In this document: piece after piece, positions 49,901 to 58,993 of the stretch
How the letters are laid out: the number at the start of each line of letters is the position of its first letter
How positions within the stretch are numbered: position 1 is the stretch's first letter
DNA from: Flavobacteriales bacterium
GTDB lineage: Bacteria > Bacteroidota > Bacteroidia > Flavobacteriales_G > JALEGO01
Assembly: GCA_020631045.1 (NCBI GenBank)
Contig: JAHDHZ010000001.1
Location: 73,852-136,953, forward strand
Direction: 5' to 3'
Length of the DNA: 63,102 bases
Made by a program: the position numbers and the translations under genes
The notes under the pieces: model-generated
The model's database searches: none
The model's input: the letters and a program-made list of their open reading frames with translations, nothing else
What the model was told of the DNA's origin: nothing

Positions 49901-52222
49901 AGGATCTATTCCATTTTGAGCAGTAGGATTTCCACCCAGCTGAATTCCATTATAAGTACATACCGTATCATCTGCAGCAGCCTGAGCAATTACAGCATCA
50001 GGATTTACAAAAACAACTGCCCAATCTAAATCTACACATCCGTTAGCATCAACTACTTCAAGTACATAATCGTAGTAAGCTGGCGTTTGATTAGGAGCAC
50101 TAAAAATAGGATTGTAAATCGTAGAATTATCTAAGTGTGTAGAAGGATACCAGTTAATATTATAAGGCGCCTGACCACCAATTTGACTTTCATCTGCACC
50201 AAGTTGTACTTGTCCTGATGTACAGAAAGTATCTACCCCACCAGTAGCATCGGCCATAAATCCACTAATTACTTCAACATATACTAAGTCAGTACCCACA
50301 CAGCCATTGATGTCAGTGACAGAAAGCTCATAACTCATAGAAGAAGTTCCTGAAAATAAGGGGTTTGCTAGCGTATCTGATGACAAAAATGTAGATGAAG
50401 ACCACTGATAGCTGTATGGAGGTGTGCCTTGAGATGCTGTAGGCAAACCACCTAAATAAACATCTCCACCAGTACAAATTGAATCATCCAAAGCAGCTTG
50501 GACAAAAGGAGCATCTGAAGAAAAGGCTATGAATAATTCATCTGTCTGACTACAACCTGTAGCATTGTCAACGACTTGAACCTCAAAATTTGTAGCCCCA
50601 CTAATAATTGCTGATGGATTGAAGCTTTGTGGATTGTCTAATACATTGGATGGATTCCAAAAAAATGAATAGCTCCCAGTATTGCTTGCGTTAAAATCAG
50701 GATTAGCTGTTAAATTCAGAGTTTTTCCTGGACAAGAGATCAAAGAAGAGCTCTGAAGATTCGTTTTTGGAGCTTGGATAATTTCTATAACTTTTTCAAA
50801 GTTTTTCACACATCCATTAGACAATGTATTTTCAAGACGAAGAGTATCAAACTGTCCTGAAACATTGCTTGCATTATAAGTTCCTTGAACTGGATCAACA
50901 ACACCTTGGCCAGACCAAAAATCAAATCCTATACCAAGATTAGTGCTCAAGGTAATTTGCTCATTTGAACATACTGTTGAAGGTGCCTGAATTTCTAAAG
51001 CTGAATTTTGGCAATCTTTTACTTCAATACAAAATGACTTAGAGGCAGTGGCAAAATAACTGCAATTACCTCCTGAAAGATCGTTGACCTCTACGTTAAA
51101 ACAGACTACTCCGGTATCGTTCACCTGAGGCAACCAAGAAAAAGTACCTACTGGAAAATTACCAGCATTGTTGATGTCAAAACTTGCACCAGTAGGCAAA
51201 TTTGAAGCAGACATATTCAAAGACTGAAAATCAGGATCAAAAGAAGAAACTTGAAAAGTCATAAAATCACCAGCTTCTGCAATTGTATCAGTATTGCCTG
51301 AATTGATGTTGTTGATGCCTCCTAACTGCGGAACTTGATTGTCACACTGAAAGACAACCACTTGAATATCTCTTACTACTTCTCCGATCAATACCCCATT
51401 ACGATACTCTCTTACACGGATGGCCATGACCGTTTTTTCAATCCCGGTGGGTTGAATACAAAAATTACCAGATTGAGGATCAAGATCAATAGGTGGAGCA
51501 AACATAAAAGGATCGGTGTGCGAGAGACTTGAGCTCACATAAGTAAGCGGAGTCAGCTCATTGTAATCAACATAGTTGTTAGAGTAACATCCGCCAGATC
51601 TAATACATTTTTTAGGCTTGTCTAAATCAAAAACAAGCTCATCACCTTCATCATCAACCACCACATTGTTAAAACATAGGTTATTGTTCACACACACAAA
51701 GGCATTTGGTCGATTTTTAAAATATGGTGAATTATTGCAAGGAGCATCAACATTATTGATCAATGCACTTACACAAAGTGACGACTTACCTGCGTTTTGA
51801 ACCGTAGAAATATCATTGTTTCTTGCGTGATCACACACAACAGCTCGCCAATCGTTACAGGGTAAATCTAAGGTCACTATACCTTTAAACACATGCTCTT
51901 GATAACCCTGAATCGTTGAATTGGGATCATCACAGTTTGTAGAAACTCCAACACATATTGGTGTAATGTCAGTTCCTGGAGCTACACGATTCATAATGAC
52001 CTGACGATCTGTATTGCAACTGTTTGAAGTCACGTTTAAATAGTATTCATCGGGCACGTTTACACCACCACAAAAACGAATGAGTTTTAAGGTGAATTCA
52101 TATTGATTACCTCCTAAACATTTGTAGGTAAGGTCCATTCCTGCAGAGTGGGTTGCAAACATTGGGCTTGCAAATAGCAATACAAAAAGTGTCAGTAGTG
52201 ATTTAAAAATAAGCTTTTTCAT
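46919..52222 (-). CDS. Giant secreted adhesin-like protein (1767 aa): Cys-rich N-domain, about 14 x 85-aa repeats, PKD-like domain, T9SS type B (gliding-motility CHU_C-type) C-terminal domain
   Basis: Signal peptide (..ASPMFA|THSAG). It carries repeats with consensus DT.CTGG...LGGNPTA.GG..P(Y/F).Y.W.P...L.....ANP.......Y.L.VTD..GCSD.D.V.V. A WEFGD PKD-like motif is present. The C-terminus is VIPNVITPNGDGFNDFFEV..YNRWGTQVY..W(D)G..GTYFYWI...GTFTLFR. Confidence 0.85.
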   Translation of the reverse strand: MKKLIFKSLLTLFVLLFASPMFATHSAGMDLTYKCLGGNQYEFTLKLIRFCGGVNVPDEYYLNVTSNSCNTDRQVIMNRVAPGTDITPICVGVSTNCDDPNSTIQGYQEHVFKGIVTLDLPCNDWRAVVCDHARNNDISTVQNAGKSSLCVSALINNVDAPCNNSPYFKNRPNAFVCVNNNLCFNNVVVDDEGDELVFDLDKPKKCIRSGGCYSNNYVDYNELTPLTYVSSSLSHTDPFMFAPPIDLDPQSGNFCIQPTGIEKTVMAIRVREYRNGVLIGEVVRDIQVVVFQCDNQVPQLGGINNINSGNTDTIAEAGDFMTFQVSSFDPDFQSLNMSASNLPTGASFDINNAGNFPVGTFSWLPQVNDTGVVCFNVEVNDLSGGNCSYFATASKSFCIEVKDCQNSALEIQAPSTVCSNEQITLSTNLGIGFDFWSGQGVVDPVQGTYNASNVSGQFDTLRLENTLSNGCVKNFEKVIEIIQAPKTNLQSSSLISCPGKTLNLTANPDFNASNTGSYSFFWNPSNVLDNPQSFNPSAIISGATNFEVQVVDNATGCSQTDELFIAFSSDAPFVQAALDDSICTGGDVYLGGLPTASQGTPPYSYQWSSSTFLSSDTLANPLFSGTSSMSYELSVTDINGCVGTDLVYVEVISGFMADATGGVDTFCTSGQVQLGADESQIGGQAPYNINWYPSTHLDNSTIYNPIFSAPNQTPAYYDYVLEVVDANGCVDLDWAVVFVNPDAVIAQAAADDTVCTYNGIQLGGNPTAQNGIDPYTYLWTPNQNISNNQIANPWVYPTVSTDYTLKVTDADGCSDLDFVHVRKSNGPIADAGGNSGDTLCTGGSAYLGGNPTASNGVFPYTYNWSPQAQLNNPGIANPLFSGQQSGWYTLVLSDESNCFAVDSVFVNVISGFSADAGNGSDTLCTSQSILLGGDATQIGGTSPYSFDWNPSNNLNDAATYNPIFTGSSSVPTYFDYELIVTDAQGCVDIDSVVVFLNPDAVLASAGPSDTVCTGGSIQLGGDPTAVGGLAPFSYEWIPNQNINDHTIADPVVSLSADQLYVVSVTDAEGCSDIDSIYVQKTAGPIADAGADTVCTGGTIYLGGNPTASNGVFPYTYEWIPNQYLNTSNSASNPAAYPPTSQYYVVSVTDESGCSDLDSVYVQVVNGPKAEAGNLEGLCTGGEVQLGGDPTAILGQQPYTYNWNNAQFLDDASISNPIASGIFDTVDFVLVLTDADGCVDIDTAVVFYNFKAPIADAGFGQDTLCSSGQIFLGGNPTVTFGAPPFQYTWTPSTDLNSPSSANPITSTTSTTTYTLLVVDSNGCSDLDDVVVVFNPDGPTAEAGFGQDTICSGGTVMLGGAPTANGGIAPFTYNWIPNYALTSNSVANPLTTTQIDTSYMVIVTDSEGCSDLDSVYVDYNPNGPKAEAGGVNDFLCTGGTIILGGNPTVTDGTAPFSYLWTPSTGILDTTASNPFATIQADQQYVLFVEDADGCRDIDSVFVSFSGPKAEAGFGQDTLCIIDVQTLGGNPTAQGGTAPYFYNWAPDFALTDNDVANPQTFTPVDTTYVLTVVDANGCIDIDSVYLQHVELEASFVPIVDDQIAPADVLFENTSQAGMGVDQMSFWWEFGDSTGYTSTDVNPFYTYYEGGEMTVTLVAYSDQTQLCSDTFAYTIVIYPPAELVIPNVITPNGDGFNDFFEVDDRGIEQFKCTIYNRWGTQVYNFDELDNKWDGRSYSGVELPEGTYFYWIEASGYDRSEHSLKGTFTLFR
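46922..47191 (-). other. T9SS type B sorting domain (gliding motility-associated C-terminal domain, CHU_C/TIGR04131-like)
   Basis: The ITPNGDGFND..F.I.NRWG..V......W.G......GTY.Y motif series is seen directly in aa 1678-1767. Confidence 0.8.
47195..47455 (-). other. PKD-like domain of the 1767-aa protein
   Basis: aa 1590-1676: F.P......AP..V.F.N.S......WWEFGD......NP.YTY...G...VTL.A. Confidence 0.6.
47468..50989 (-). repeat. Coding tandem repeat array, about 255-nt (82-88 aa) period, 12 well-conserved + 2 degenerate units
   Basis: The conserved first Cys of each unit is at aa 583, 667, 755, 840, 924, 1012, 1094, 1178, 1264, 1349, 1434 and 1517. Nucleotide identity between units is only moderate by eye. 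Confidence 0.85.
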
Positions 52223-52243
52223 GATTTAGATTATAATCTGGTG

Positions 52244-52251
52244 CAAATTTA
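52244..52251 (-). promoter_or_regulatory. Bacteroidota-type -7 box (TAAATTTG on minus strand) for the 1767-aa gene
   Basis: The minus strand reads ..CTTGACAGATACGCTTTAAGCTTGTAAATTTGCACC.. . The TAnnTTTG box is 22 nt upstream of the ATG, with TTG elements upstream of it. Confidence 0.45.
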
Positions 52252-52278
52252 CAAGCTTAAAGCGTATCTGTCAAGCCT

Positions 52279-54402
52279 TTATTTTGCATAGGTTTCATTC
52301 ATATTAAATAAGGTAAAGGCCCATATATCGGCCCATTCATCAATAATCATTTCAGTGGGTTTGCCAGCACCATGGCCAGCGTTGATGTCAATTCGAATCA
52401 AGCAAGGGTTGAGGCCTGTTTGTTTAGATTGTAGTTCTGATATAAATTTAAAACTGTGCGCGGGCACTACTCTATCGTCGTGATCTGCAGTAGTCACCAA
52501 CGTTGCTGGATAAGACATGCTATCTTTAATGTTGTGCAAAGGAGAATATTGAATCAAATTTTCAAAGTGTTCTCGCTCATCACTTGACCCATACTCTACT
52601 GCCCAGCCCCATCCAACAGTAAATTTATGATACCTAAGCATATCTAACACCCCTACTCCAGGTAGTGCAACTGCGAAAAGGTCAGGACGTTGAGTCATAC
52701 ATGCTCCGACCAAAAGCCCTCCATTTGAACGGCCAGATATGGCTAATTTTTCAGTGCTTGTATACTTCTGATCAATGAGATACTCTGCAGCATAGATAAA
52801 ATCATCAAACACATTTTGTTTGTTTAGCAGCATGCCTTGTTTGTGCCATTTTTCTCCGTATTCTCCACCGCCTCTTATATTGGCAACAGCATAAATACCT
52901 CCTTGCTCTAAAAAGGGCAACATGGTTACTTTAAACGAAGGAGTGATGCTGATGTTGAATCCTCCATACCCATATAGATAGGTTGGATTTGTACCATCTA
53001 ATTGAAGTCCTTTTTTGTGCGTTAAAAACATAGGTACTTCAGTACCGTCTTTACTCTTATAAAATACTTGAGTAGTCTGATAATTTGAAGCTTCAAAATC
53101 AATCTTAGCCTGTTTGTATAAGTCTGATTGAAAAGATGTTAAGTTGAACTTATAAATATTGAGTGGATACAAAAAAGAAGAAAATGAAAAATAGGTTTCT
53201 TCACTGCTTTGATCACCATCAAAGCCCCATACAGAACCAGGAGCAGGCAACTGAATTTCATGCAATCTTTTACCGCTTAAATCATGTACAAAAACCTTTT
53301 GATGCGCATCTTTCATGTAGGTGAGTATCACTTTATCTGAAAGCAATTCAAATGATTTTAAAACCATTTCTTGATCTTGTACAATAAAGTCTTTTGCATG
53401 TTCAATACTTGGGTCTTTAGCTGAAAGCTCAATGATTTTATAATTGGGGGCATTTAAGTTCGTGTAAACAAATAGGCGATCTTGATCATTGCCCACAAAA
53501 TAGTGATCATTATCAAAATCATTGTTTAAGGCTGTAAATGTTGAAGAGCGATCTTTTAAGTTTTTATAATATAATTTCTCGCCACTTGTACCTTTTGACT
53601 CATTGATAAACAGATGCTGCTCATCTTTGCTGATGCTAGAGAATAAATAATGCAAAGGCGTCTCAGGTTTTTCAAATATGAGCACATCTTCAGATTGAGT
53701 GGTATTTAGTGCGTGATAATACACCTTCATGCCTTGGTTTTGAGTAGACAAATCACCCTTCTGATCATCAATATCATATTTACTGTAGTAAAAACCCTGA
53801 CCTTTCCACATCATTCCAGTAAATTTGGCCCATTTTAATTGCTCTTCAAGCAGCTCACCGGTCTTGACATCTTTGATGTAAATGGTTTGCCAATCAGATC
53901 CAGCATCATTGATTGCATATGCAAAATACTGGGCATCTTTTGAAAAAGAATAGCTGCCCAGTGCAGCCGTTCCATCTTCTTTTAGAGTATTGGGATCTAA
54001 GAAAAGTTCTTCTTGCTGACCCAAATCTGAACTTCTGTAGAGAACATTTTGATTTTGTAATCCATCGTTTTTAAAATAGTAGTAATACTCTCCCCTTTTA
54101 AATGGAGCATATGATTTAGGATAATTCCATAATTTCTCTAGCCTAGCTGCAATATCAGATTTAAAGGGTATTTGTGACAAATAGCCATCTGTGCACTTAT
54201 TTTGCGTTTTTACCCACTCAGCTGTTTGATCAGAAGTGTCATTCTCAAGCCATCTATATGGGTCAGCAATTTCAACACCAAAATACTCATCTTTTTGATC
54301 GATTTTTTGGGTCTCAGGATAATCAACCTTAATATCAGATGTCGTAAGCTTTGAATTACAGGCCATTAAAAAAGTAAAAGAAAAGAAGAAATAGACTCTC
54401 AT
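52279..54402 (-). CDS. Prolyl oligopeptidase (S9A family)
   Basis: 707 aa with a signal or lipoprotein-like N-terminus. Motifs are DPYRWLE, a beta-propeller region, the catalytic GRSNGGLLVGA and the D/H region ADHDDRV..GHG. Confidence 0.9.
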   Translation of the reverse strand: MRVYFFFSFTFLMACNSKLTTSDIKVDYPETQKIDQKDEYFGVEIADPYRWLENDTSDQTAEWVKTQNKCTDGYLSQIPFKSDIAARLEKLWNYPKSYAPFKRGEYYYYFKNDGLQNQNVLYRSSDLGQQEELFLDPNTLKEDGTAALGSYSFSKDAQYFAYAINDAGSDWQTIYIKDVKTGELLEEQLKWAKFTGMMWKGQGFYYSKYDIDDQKGDLSTQNQGMKVYYHALNTTQSEDVLIFEKPETPLHYLFSSISKDEQHLFINESKGTSGEKLYYKNLKDRSSTFTALNNDFDNDHYFVGNDQDRLFVYTNLNAPNYKIIELSAKDPSIEHAKDFIVQDQEMVLKSFELLSDKVILTYMKDAHQKVFVHDLSGKRLHEIQLPAPGSVWGFDGDQSSEETYFSFSSFLYPLNIYKFNLTSFQSDLYKQAKIDFEASNYQTTQVFYKSKDGTEVPMFLTHKKGLQLDGTNPTYLYGYGGFNISITPSFKVTMLPFLEQGGIYAVANIRGGGEYGEKWHKQGMLLNKQNVFDDFIYAAEYLIDQKYTSTEKLAISGRSNGGLLVGACMTQRPDLFAVALPGVGVLDMLRYHKFTVGWGWAVEYGSSDEREHFENLIQYSPLHNIKDSMSYPATLVTTADHDDRVVPAHSFKFISELQSKQTGLNPCLIRIDINAGHGAGKPTEMIIDEWADIWAFTLFNMNETYAK

Positions 54403-54513
54403 TATTAAACGCTTTAAGCTGTCTAAGCTAGTAAAGAATCATATGTTGATAAAAAAACCCAGATACTTGTTGATATCTTTTGATAACTCATCAAAAAATA
54501 TACTTTTGTGTTT

Positions 54514-54858
54514 ATGCAAGTACATCTAATGAAATCAAAGATTCACCGTGCTACAGTGACTCAAGCAGATTTGAATTATGTTGGCAGCATTACCATGGAT
54601 GGTAATTTAATGGAGGCCGCTAATATGTTTGAAAATGAAAAAGTTCAAATTTTAAATGTTGACAATGGTGAACGTTTTGAGACTTATGTAATTGCTGGAG
54701 AAAAAGGCAGTGGCATCATATGCTTGAACGGACCCGCCGCACGCCGCGTGCAAGTCGGAGATCAAGTCATCATAATTGCATACGGCATCATGAATCAAGA
54801 CCAAGCCTTAAAATACACTCCGCTTGTAGTACACCCCGATAAAAACAACCAACCTTAA
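54514..54858 (+). CDS. panD: Aspartate 1-decarboxylase
   Basis: It reads [29 protein letters not shown], with the GS self-cleavage site. ATG 54514 is preferred over GTG 54508. Confidence 0.92.
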   Translation: MQVHLMKSKIHRATVTQADLNYVGSITMDGNLMEAANMFENEKVQILNVDNGERFETYVIAGEKGSGIICLNGPAARRVQVGDQVIIIAYGIMNQDQALKYTPLVVHPDKNNQP

Positions 54859-54867
54859 ACACAACTT

Positions 54868-55413
54868 ATGCTCTCAATTTTTACACGCAAAAAAATCTCT
54901 GATGAAACTCTAGCAAACATTTTTGTAAACGGTTTGTTCACCTTAGCCAAAGAAGGCTTTAACGATGTAGCTGAGTTGTTGAATTACGATTCAGAATTAA
55001 CCCCTAACCCAAGCATTGAAAAAGATAATTTTTTAAATTTTGCTCAGATTTTATTTACAGCAAACATCTCAGCAATTTCTGACCATTTTAATGCCTTAGA
55101 ACAGATGCGCTTACTTGATTTGATTTACAACAAGTACGCCAGACAATTGGGCATTTCAAAAAACGAGCTCAAACAAGCAAAAAACAAGATCTCTCAATTG
55201 TTTATCACCTTAAATCATCCTTCTAAAAACACGCGTTATGCCATGTCAAAAGCAATTTTTCACATGTATGACCTATACGATTACCAAGAAGACTATTTTA
55301 AAAATTTAAGAGTAGCAAACCCTGTTGCTTTAAAGAAACTAAACGAAATTATGGACCTTTTTATTTGGGATTGGCAAGCAGTCTTTAAACGCTATCGTCC
55401 TGTTTTTAGCTAA
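54868..55413 (+). CDS. Hypothetical protein (helical, no family recognised)
   Basis: 181-aa ORF with no signal peptide, followed by a terminator hairpin. Confidence 0.45.
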   Translation: MLSIFTRKKISDETLANIFVNGLFTLAKEGFNDVAELLNYDSELTPNPSIEKDNFLNFAQILFTANISAISDHFNALEQMRLLDLIYNKYARQLGISKNELKQAKNKISQLFITLNHPSKNTRYAMSKAIFHMYDLYDYQEDYFKNLRVANPVALKKLNEIMDLFIWDWQAVFKRYRPVFS

Positions 55414-55450
55414 CAGACAGGCTTAACCATAATTTCATACAACAACTTCA

Positions 55451-55482
55451 AAATAGGCTTACAAAAAAGCCTATTTTTGTTT
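55451..55482 (+). terminator. Rho-independent terminator
   Basis: Stem ATAGGCTT (55453-55460) pairs with AAGCCTAT (55467-55474), followed by TTTTGTTT. Confidence 0.7.
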
Positions 55483-55489
55483 AAGCATC

Positions 55490-57718
55490 ATGAAAACAAC
55501 CACTACACAGCTTATTGAAACGGCCAAAGAACTGGGCCTTTTAGAAGAAGAATTTCATCAAATTTGTAAGCACTTAGATCGAGAGCCCAACTTTACTGAA
55601 TTGAGTATTTATAGTGTAATGTGGTCTGAGCATTGCGCCTATAAAAACTCTATTCAATGGCTTAAGACTTTGCCCAAAAAAGGCCCACACATGTTGGTAG
55701 AAGCTGGTGAAGAAAATGCCGGCCTTGTCGATATTGGTGATGGCCTGGGCTGCGCCTTTAAAATCGAATCTCACAATCACCCTTCAGCCTTAGAACCCTA
55801 TCAAGGAGCCGCCACAGGTGTGGGTGGCATCAACAGAGACATCTTTACCATGGGCGCACGTCCCATTGCTCAGTTAAACTCTTTGCGTTTTGGCAGCCTT
55901 GAGTTAGATAAAACAAAACATCTATTGAAAGGAGTTGTAAAAGGCATTGGCGATTACGGAAATGCCTTTGGAGTGCCTGTAGTTGGCGGAGAGGTGCATT
56001 TCGACGCCTCATACAACACTAATCCTTTAGTCAACGCCATGTCTGTGGGTATTGTTAAAACAGATAAAATCATTTCTGCCACGGCTTATGGCAAAGGCAA
56101 TCCGGTATTTATAGTCGGAGCGCGTACCGGAAAAGATGGCATTCACGGAGCTGCTTTTGCTTCAAAAGACATCACAGAAGATTCTACTGATGATTTACCT
56201 TCAGTTCAGGTGGGTGACCCCTTTATGGAAAAACTACTCTTAGAAGCTACTCTTGAATTGGCAGACAAAGACTATTTGATTGGCATGCAAGATATGGGAG
56301 CTGCAGGTATTACTTGTAGTACATCAGAAATGTCGGCAAAAAATGGTGCGGGCATGAACATTTATCTAGACAAAGTGCCTACTAGGCAAAAAAACATGCA
56401 GCCCTTTGAAATTCTACTCTCTGAATCACAAGAGCGCATGTTGGTAGTCATCAAAAAAGGATTTGAAAGCGATTTACAAGCCATTTTTGAAAAATGGGAT
56501 TTGGCCTCAGCTCAAATTGGTGAGGTGACTGACAATGGGACGCTTTCTTATTATATGAACAATGAGCTTGCTGCTCAAGTGCCAGCTGAAAGTTTGGTTT
56601 TGGGTGGAGGAGCTCCCGTCTATGAGCGTGAATACAAAGAACCTGCTTATTATAAGCAAGCGCAAGATTTTGATTCGACAAGCATCAAAGAGCCAGAAAA
56701 CTTAAAACAAGTTGCCGAATTTTTAATTGCTCACCCCAACATTGCTTCAAAAAAGTGGGTCTATGAGCAATACGATTCTATGGTAGGCACTCGCAACATG
56801 ACCACCAATATGCCTTCAGATGCTGGTATTATTGATTTAAAAGAAAATCAAAAAGCCTTAAGCATGACTGTTGATTGCGCTTCAAGGTATGTTTATTTAG
56901 ATCCTGAAAAAGGGGCAGCCATTGCTGTGGCTGAAGCGGCTAGAAATATTTCATGTAGTGGAGCAATACCCTCAGCGATCACCAACTGTCTAAATTTCGG
57001 CAATCCATACAATCCTGAGGTGTACTGGCAATTTGTAGGATCGATTAAGGGTATGACTAAGGCGTGCACCTCCTTCAATACCCCTGTAACGGGCGGAAAT
57101 GTTAGTTTTTACAATCAAAGCTCGATTAAAGGTGAGGTTGAAGCCGTATTTCCGACCCCGACGATTGGTATGATTGGGGTTTTAGAAGAAAAAAAGCTCG
57201 CCACAGGACTGAGTTTTAAAAAAGCAGGTGAACTGATTTATTTGATCGGAAGGCCTGCAGATGAAATCAACGGCTCTGAATATTTGTACAGTTATCACAA
57301 AGAAAAACTCTCTAAAACTCCCCGATTTGAACTCAGTGAAGAACTAAACGTTCAAACGACGATTCAAAAACTTATTCGATTAGAACTTGTGGAAAGTGCA
57401 CATGATTGTGCTGATGGTGGATTGTTTGTGAGTCTCTGCGAAATGGGGTTTCACAACAACTTAGGCTTTCAAATTGAACTTTCATCAGAGATTCGGTCCG
57501 ATTTTCAACTTTTCGGAGAATCGCAAAGTAGAATTCTTGTGAGTGTAGATCCTTTAAAGCAAGAAATATTTGAAAAACAGCTTAAAAGCTTGACTAATTC
57601 TTATTTTTTACTTGGTCAGACTACGAGTCAAAACATTGAAATCAACCAAGAAGATTGGAAAGAAATCACGCATTACAAAGAGCTTTACACAAAAGGATTA
57701 ACAGACAAATTAAATTAA
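55490..57718 (+). CDS. purL: Phosphoribosylformylglycinamidine synthase subunit PurL
   Basis: 742 aa. Motifs are WSEHCAYK, ESHNHPSALEPYQGAATGVGG and a duplicated PurM-like fold. Confidence 0.93.
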   Translation: MKTTTTQLIETAKELGLLEEEFHQICKHLDREPNFTELSIYSVMWSEHCAYKNSIQWLKTLPKKGPHMLVEAGEENAGLVDIGDGLGCAFKIESHNHPSALEPYQGAATGVGGINRDIFTMGARPIAQLNSLRFGSLELDKTKHLLKGVVKGIGDYGNAFGVPVVGGEVHFDASYNTNPLVNAMSVGIVKTDKIISATAYGKGNPVFIVGARTGKDGIHGAAFASKDITEDSTDDLPSVQVGDPFMEKLLLEATLELADKDYLIGMQDMGAAGITCSTSEMSAKNGAGMNIYLDKVPTRQKNMQPFEILLSESQERMLVVIKKGFESDLQAIFEKWDLASAQIGEVTDNGTLSYYMNNELAAQVPAESLVLGGGAPVYEREYKEPAYYKQAQDFDSTSIKEPENLKQVAEFLIAHPNIASKKWVYEQYDSMVGTRNMTTNMPSDAGIIDLKENQKALSMTVDCASRYVYLDPEKGAAIAVAEAARNISCSGAIPSAITNCLNFGNPYNPEVYWQFVGSIKGMTKACTSFNTPVTGGNVSFYNQSSIKGEVEAVFPTPTIGMIGVLEEKKLATGLSFKKAGELIYLIGRPADEINGSEYLYSYHKEKLSKTPRFELSEELNVQTTIQKLIRLELVESAHDCADGGLFVSLCEMGFHNNLGFQIELSSEIRSDFQLFGESQSRILVSVDPLKQEIFEKQLKSLTNSYFLLGQTTSQNIEINQEDWKEITHYKELYTKGLTDKLN

Positions 57719-57724
57719 TCGACT

Positions 57725-58993
57725 ATGCACAGAGTACTTGCTGTTTTCTTATTTGCCATTTCATCTATTTTGATGCATGCCCAAGATGAACCCATTGATA
57801 AACGCTACAATCAGGCATACAAAGAAAAATTCAATCAAGTGCGCTATTTTTTGGGTGGAGGAAGAACTGGCGAGGCCTTTCTCTTGTTGCAAGAACTCTA
57901 TAAAATTGACTCTTTAAACCACTATACAAATTATTTGATTGGTATTTGTTATACAGAACAAAACAAAGTCACTCCTCTTTCTTACAAACACCTAGAATAT
58001 GCCTCTAGAGATGTCATGACGGTTTATAAGTACATCCCCTATACTGAAAAAAAATCACCTGTTTACGTTTGGTATTACCTGACCAAGGCCTATACTCAAA
58101 ACGGCAAGTGTGATCTAGCTCTAGGGGCCAAAGAGAATTTTCTTAACCGCTACGCCTCTCAACGTGACGGAGACTACTTCATTAAAAACATCCACAAATT
58201 CACCAAAGACTGCACCCCAAGTGGCGATCAAGAAAACCTCTCCCTAGCCCCCCCACCCTCACCTAATAACTCTAAAGAGACCAATGAAGGTTACAAAATC
58301 AAAACCATTGCTGAGCGAAACATCATCACCCAAGAAAAAGATTATACTACAAAAGCTCCAATTTATGCCATTCAAGTGGGCGCATTTAAAACATTTGTGC
58401 CCATTCGAGAAGAGTTTATTGATCTGAAAAATGTTGAGGCCTTTTTAGATACTACAAATCATTTGCGTTATATCGTAGGGCGTTTTACTTTAAAATCACA
58501 AGCCAAACACCTTTTAGATCTGATTAAAGCTCAAGGATATGAAGATGCTTTTATTGTTGATGTGAATAAAACTGCTCGATTTAAACGTGAGGTAGTCATT
58601 GTTGATGATGTGTCTTTCAAAGCACAAATGCGTGGCAATGTCACCTACAGTGTTCAAATCGGAGCCTATTCAAATACAGACTCTATTCCTTTGCATTTGG
58701 CAAGAATTTACTTGCAAGTAGATCAAATCAAAGAAATCAGAGACAAAGGCTTAGTTGTTTTAGCAGCTAATAAGTTTAAAACATATGATGCGGCATTAGA
58801 ACATAAAGAGAAAATGGTCAATTTAGGCATTAAAGATGCTTTTGTAATTGCTCTGAACAACAATAAAAAAGTATCTCTACAATCTGCCAATAAGTATCTT
58901 GAGCGTCAACAAAAGATTGAAGCAGAGAAATTAGAATTAAAACAAAAAAAGAAAAGAAAAAAACAAGATGTCTCTGATTCAACAGATCAATAA
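57725..58993 (+). CDS. TPR-like + tandem SPOR-domain protein (hypothetical)
   Basis: 422 aa with a signal peptide. It has two SPOR-like segments ([11 protein letters not shown].., [10 protein letters not shown]..) and a Lys-rich tail. It overlaps the prfC start by 26 nt. Confidence 0.55.
   Translation: MHRVLAVFLFAISSILMHAQDEPIDKRYNQAYKEKFNQVRYFLGGGRTGEAFLLLQELYKIDSLNHYTNYLIGICYTEQNKVTPLSYKHLEYASRDVMTVYKYIPYTEKKSPVYVWYYLTKAYTQNGKCDLALGAKENFLNRYASQRDGDYFIKNIHKFTKDCTPSGDQENLSLAPPPSPNNSKETNEGYKIKTIAERNIITQEKDYTTKAPIYAIQVGAFKTFVPIREEFIDLKNVEAFLDTTNHLRYIVGRFTLKSQAKHLLDLIKAQGYEDAFIVDVNKTARFKREVVIVDDVSFKAQMRGNVTYSVQIGAYSNTDSIPLHLARIYLQVDQIKEIRDKGLVVLAANKFKTYDAALEHKEKMVNLGIKDAFVIALNNNKKVSLQSANKYLERQQKIEAEKLELKQKKKRKKQDVSDSTDQ

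Noticed and set aside
47468-50989. Periodic DNA repeats that might be mistaken for a CRISPR-like or satellite array
   Set aside because: The period is about 255 nt and lies entirely within one open reading frame. The units are diverged at the nucleotide level, and there is no short repeat-spacer structure. It is a coding domain repeat.
58920-58993. Lys-rich tail (KQKKKRKKQ) of the SPOR protein overlapping the prfC start, as a possible frameshift or slippery site on A-runs
   Set aside because: Both ORFs are complete and plausible without recoding, and prfC has its canonical N-terminus. A-runs are expected from Lys codons in an AT-rich genome.
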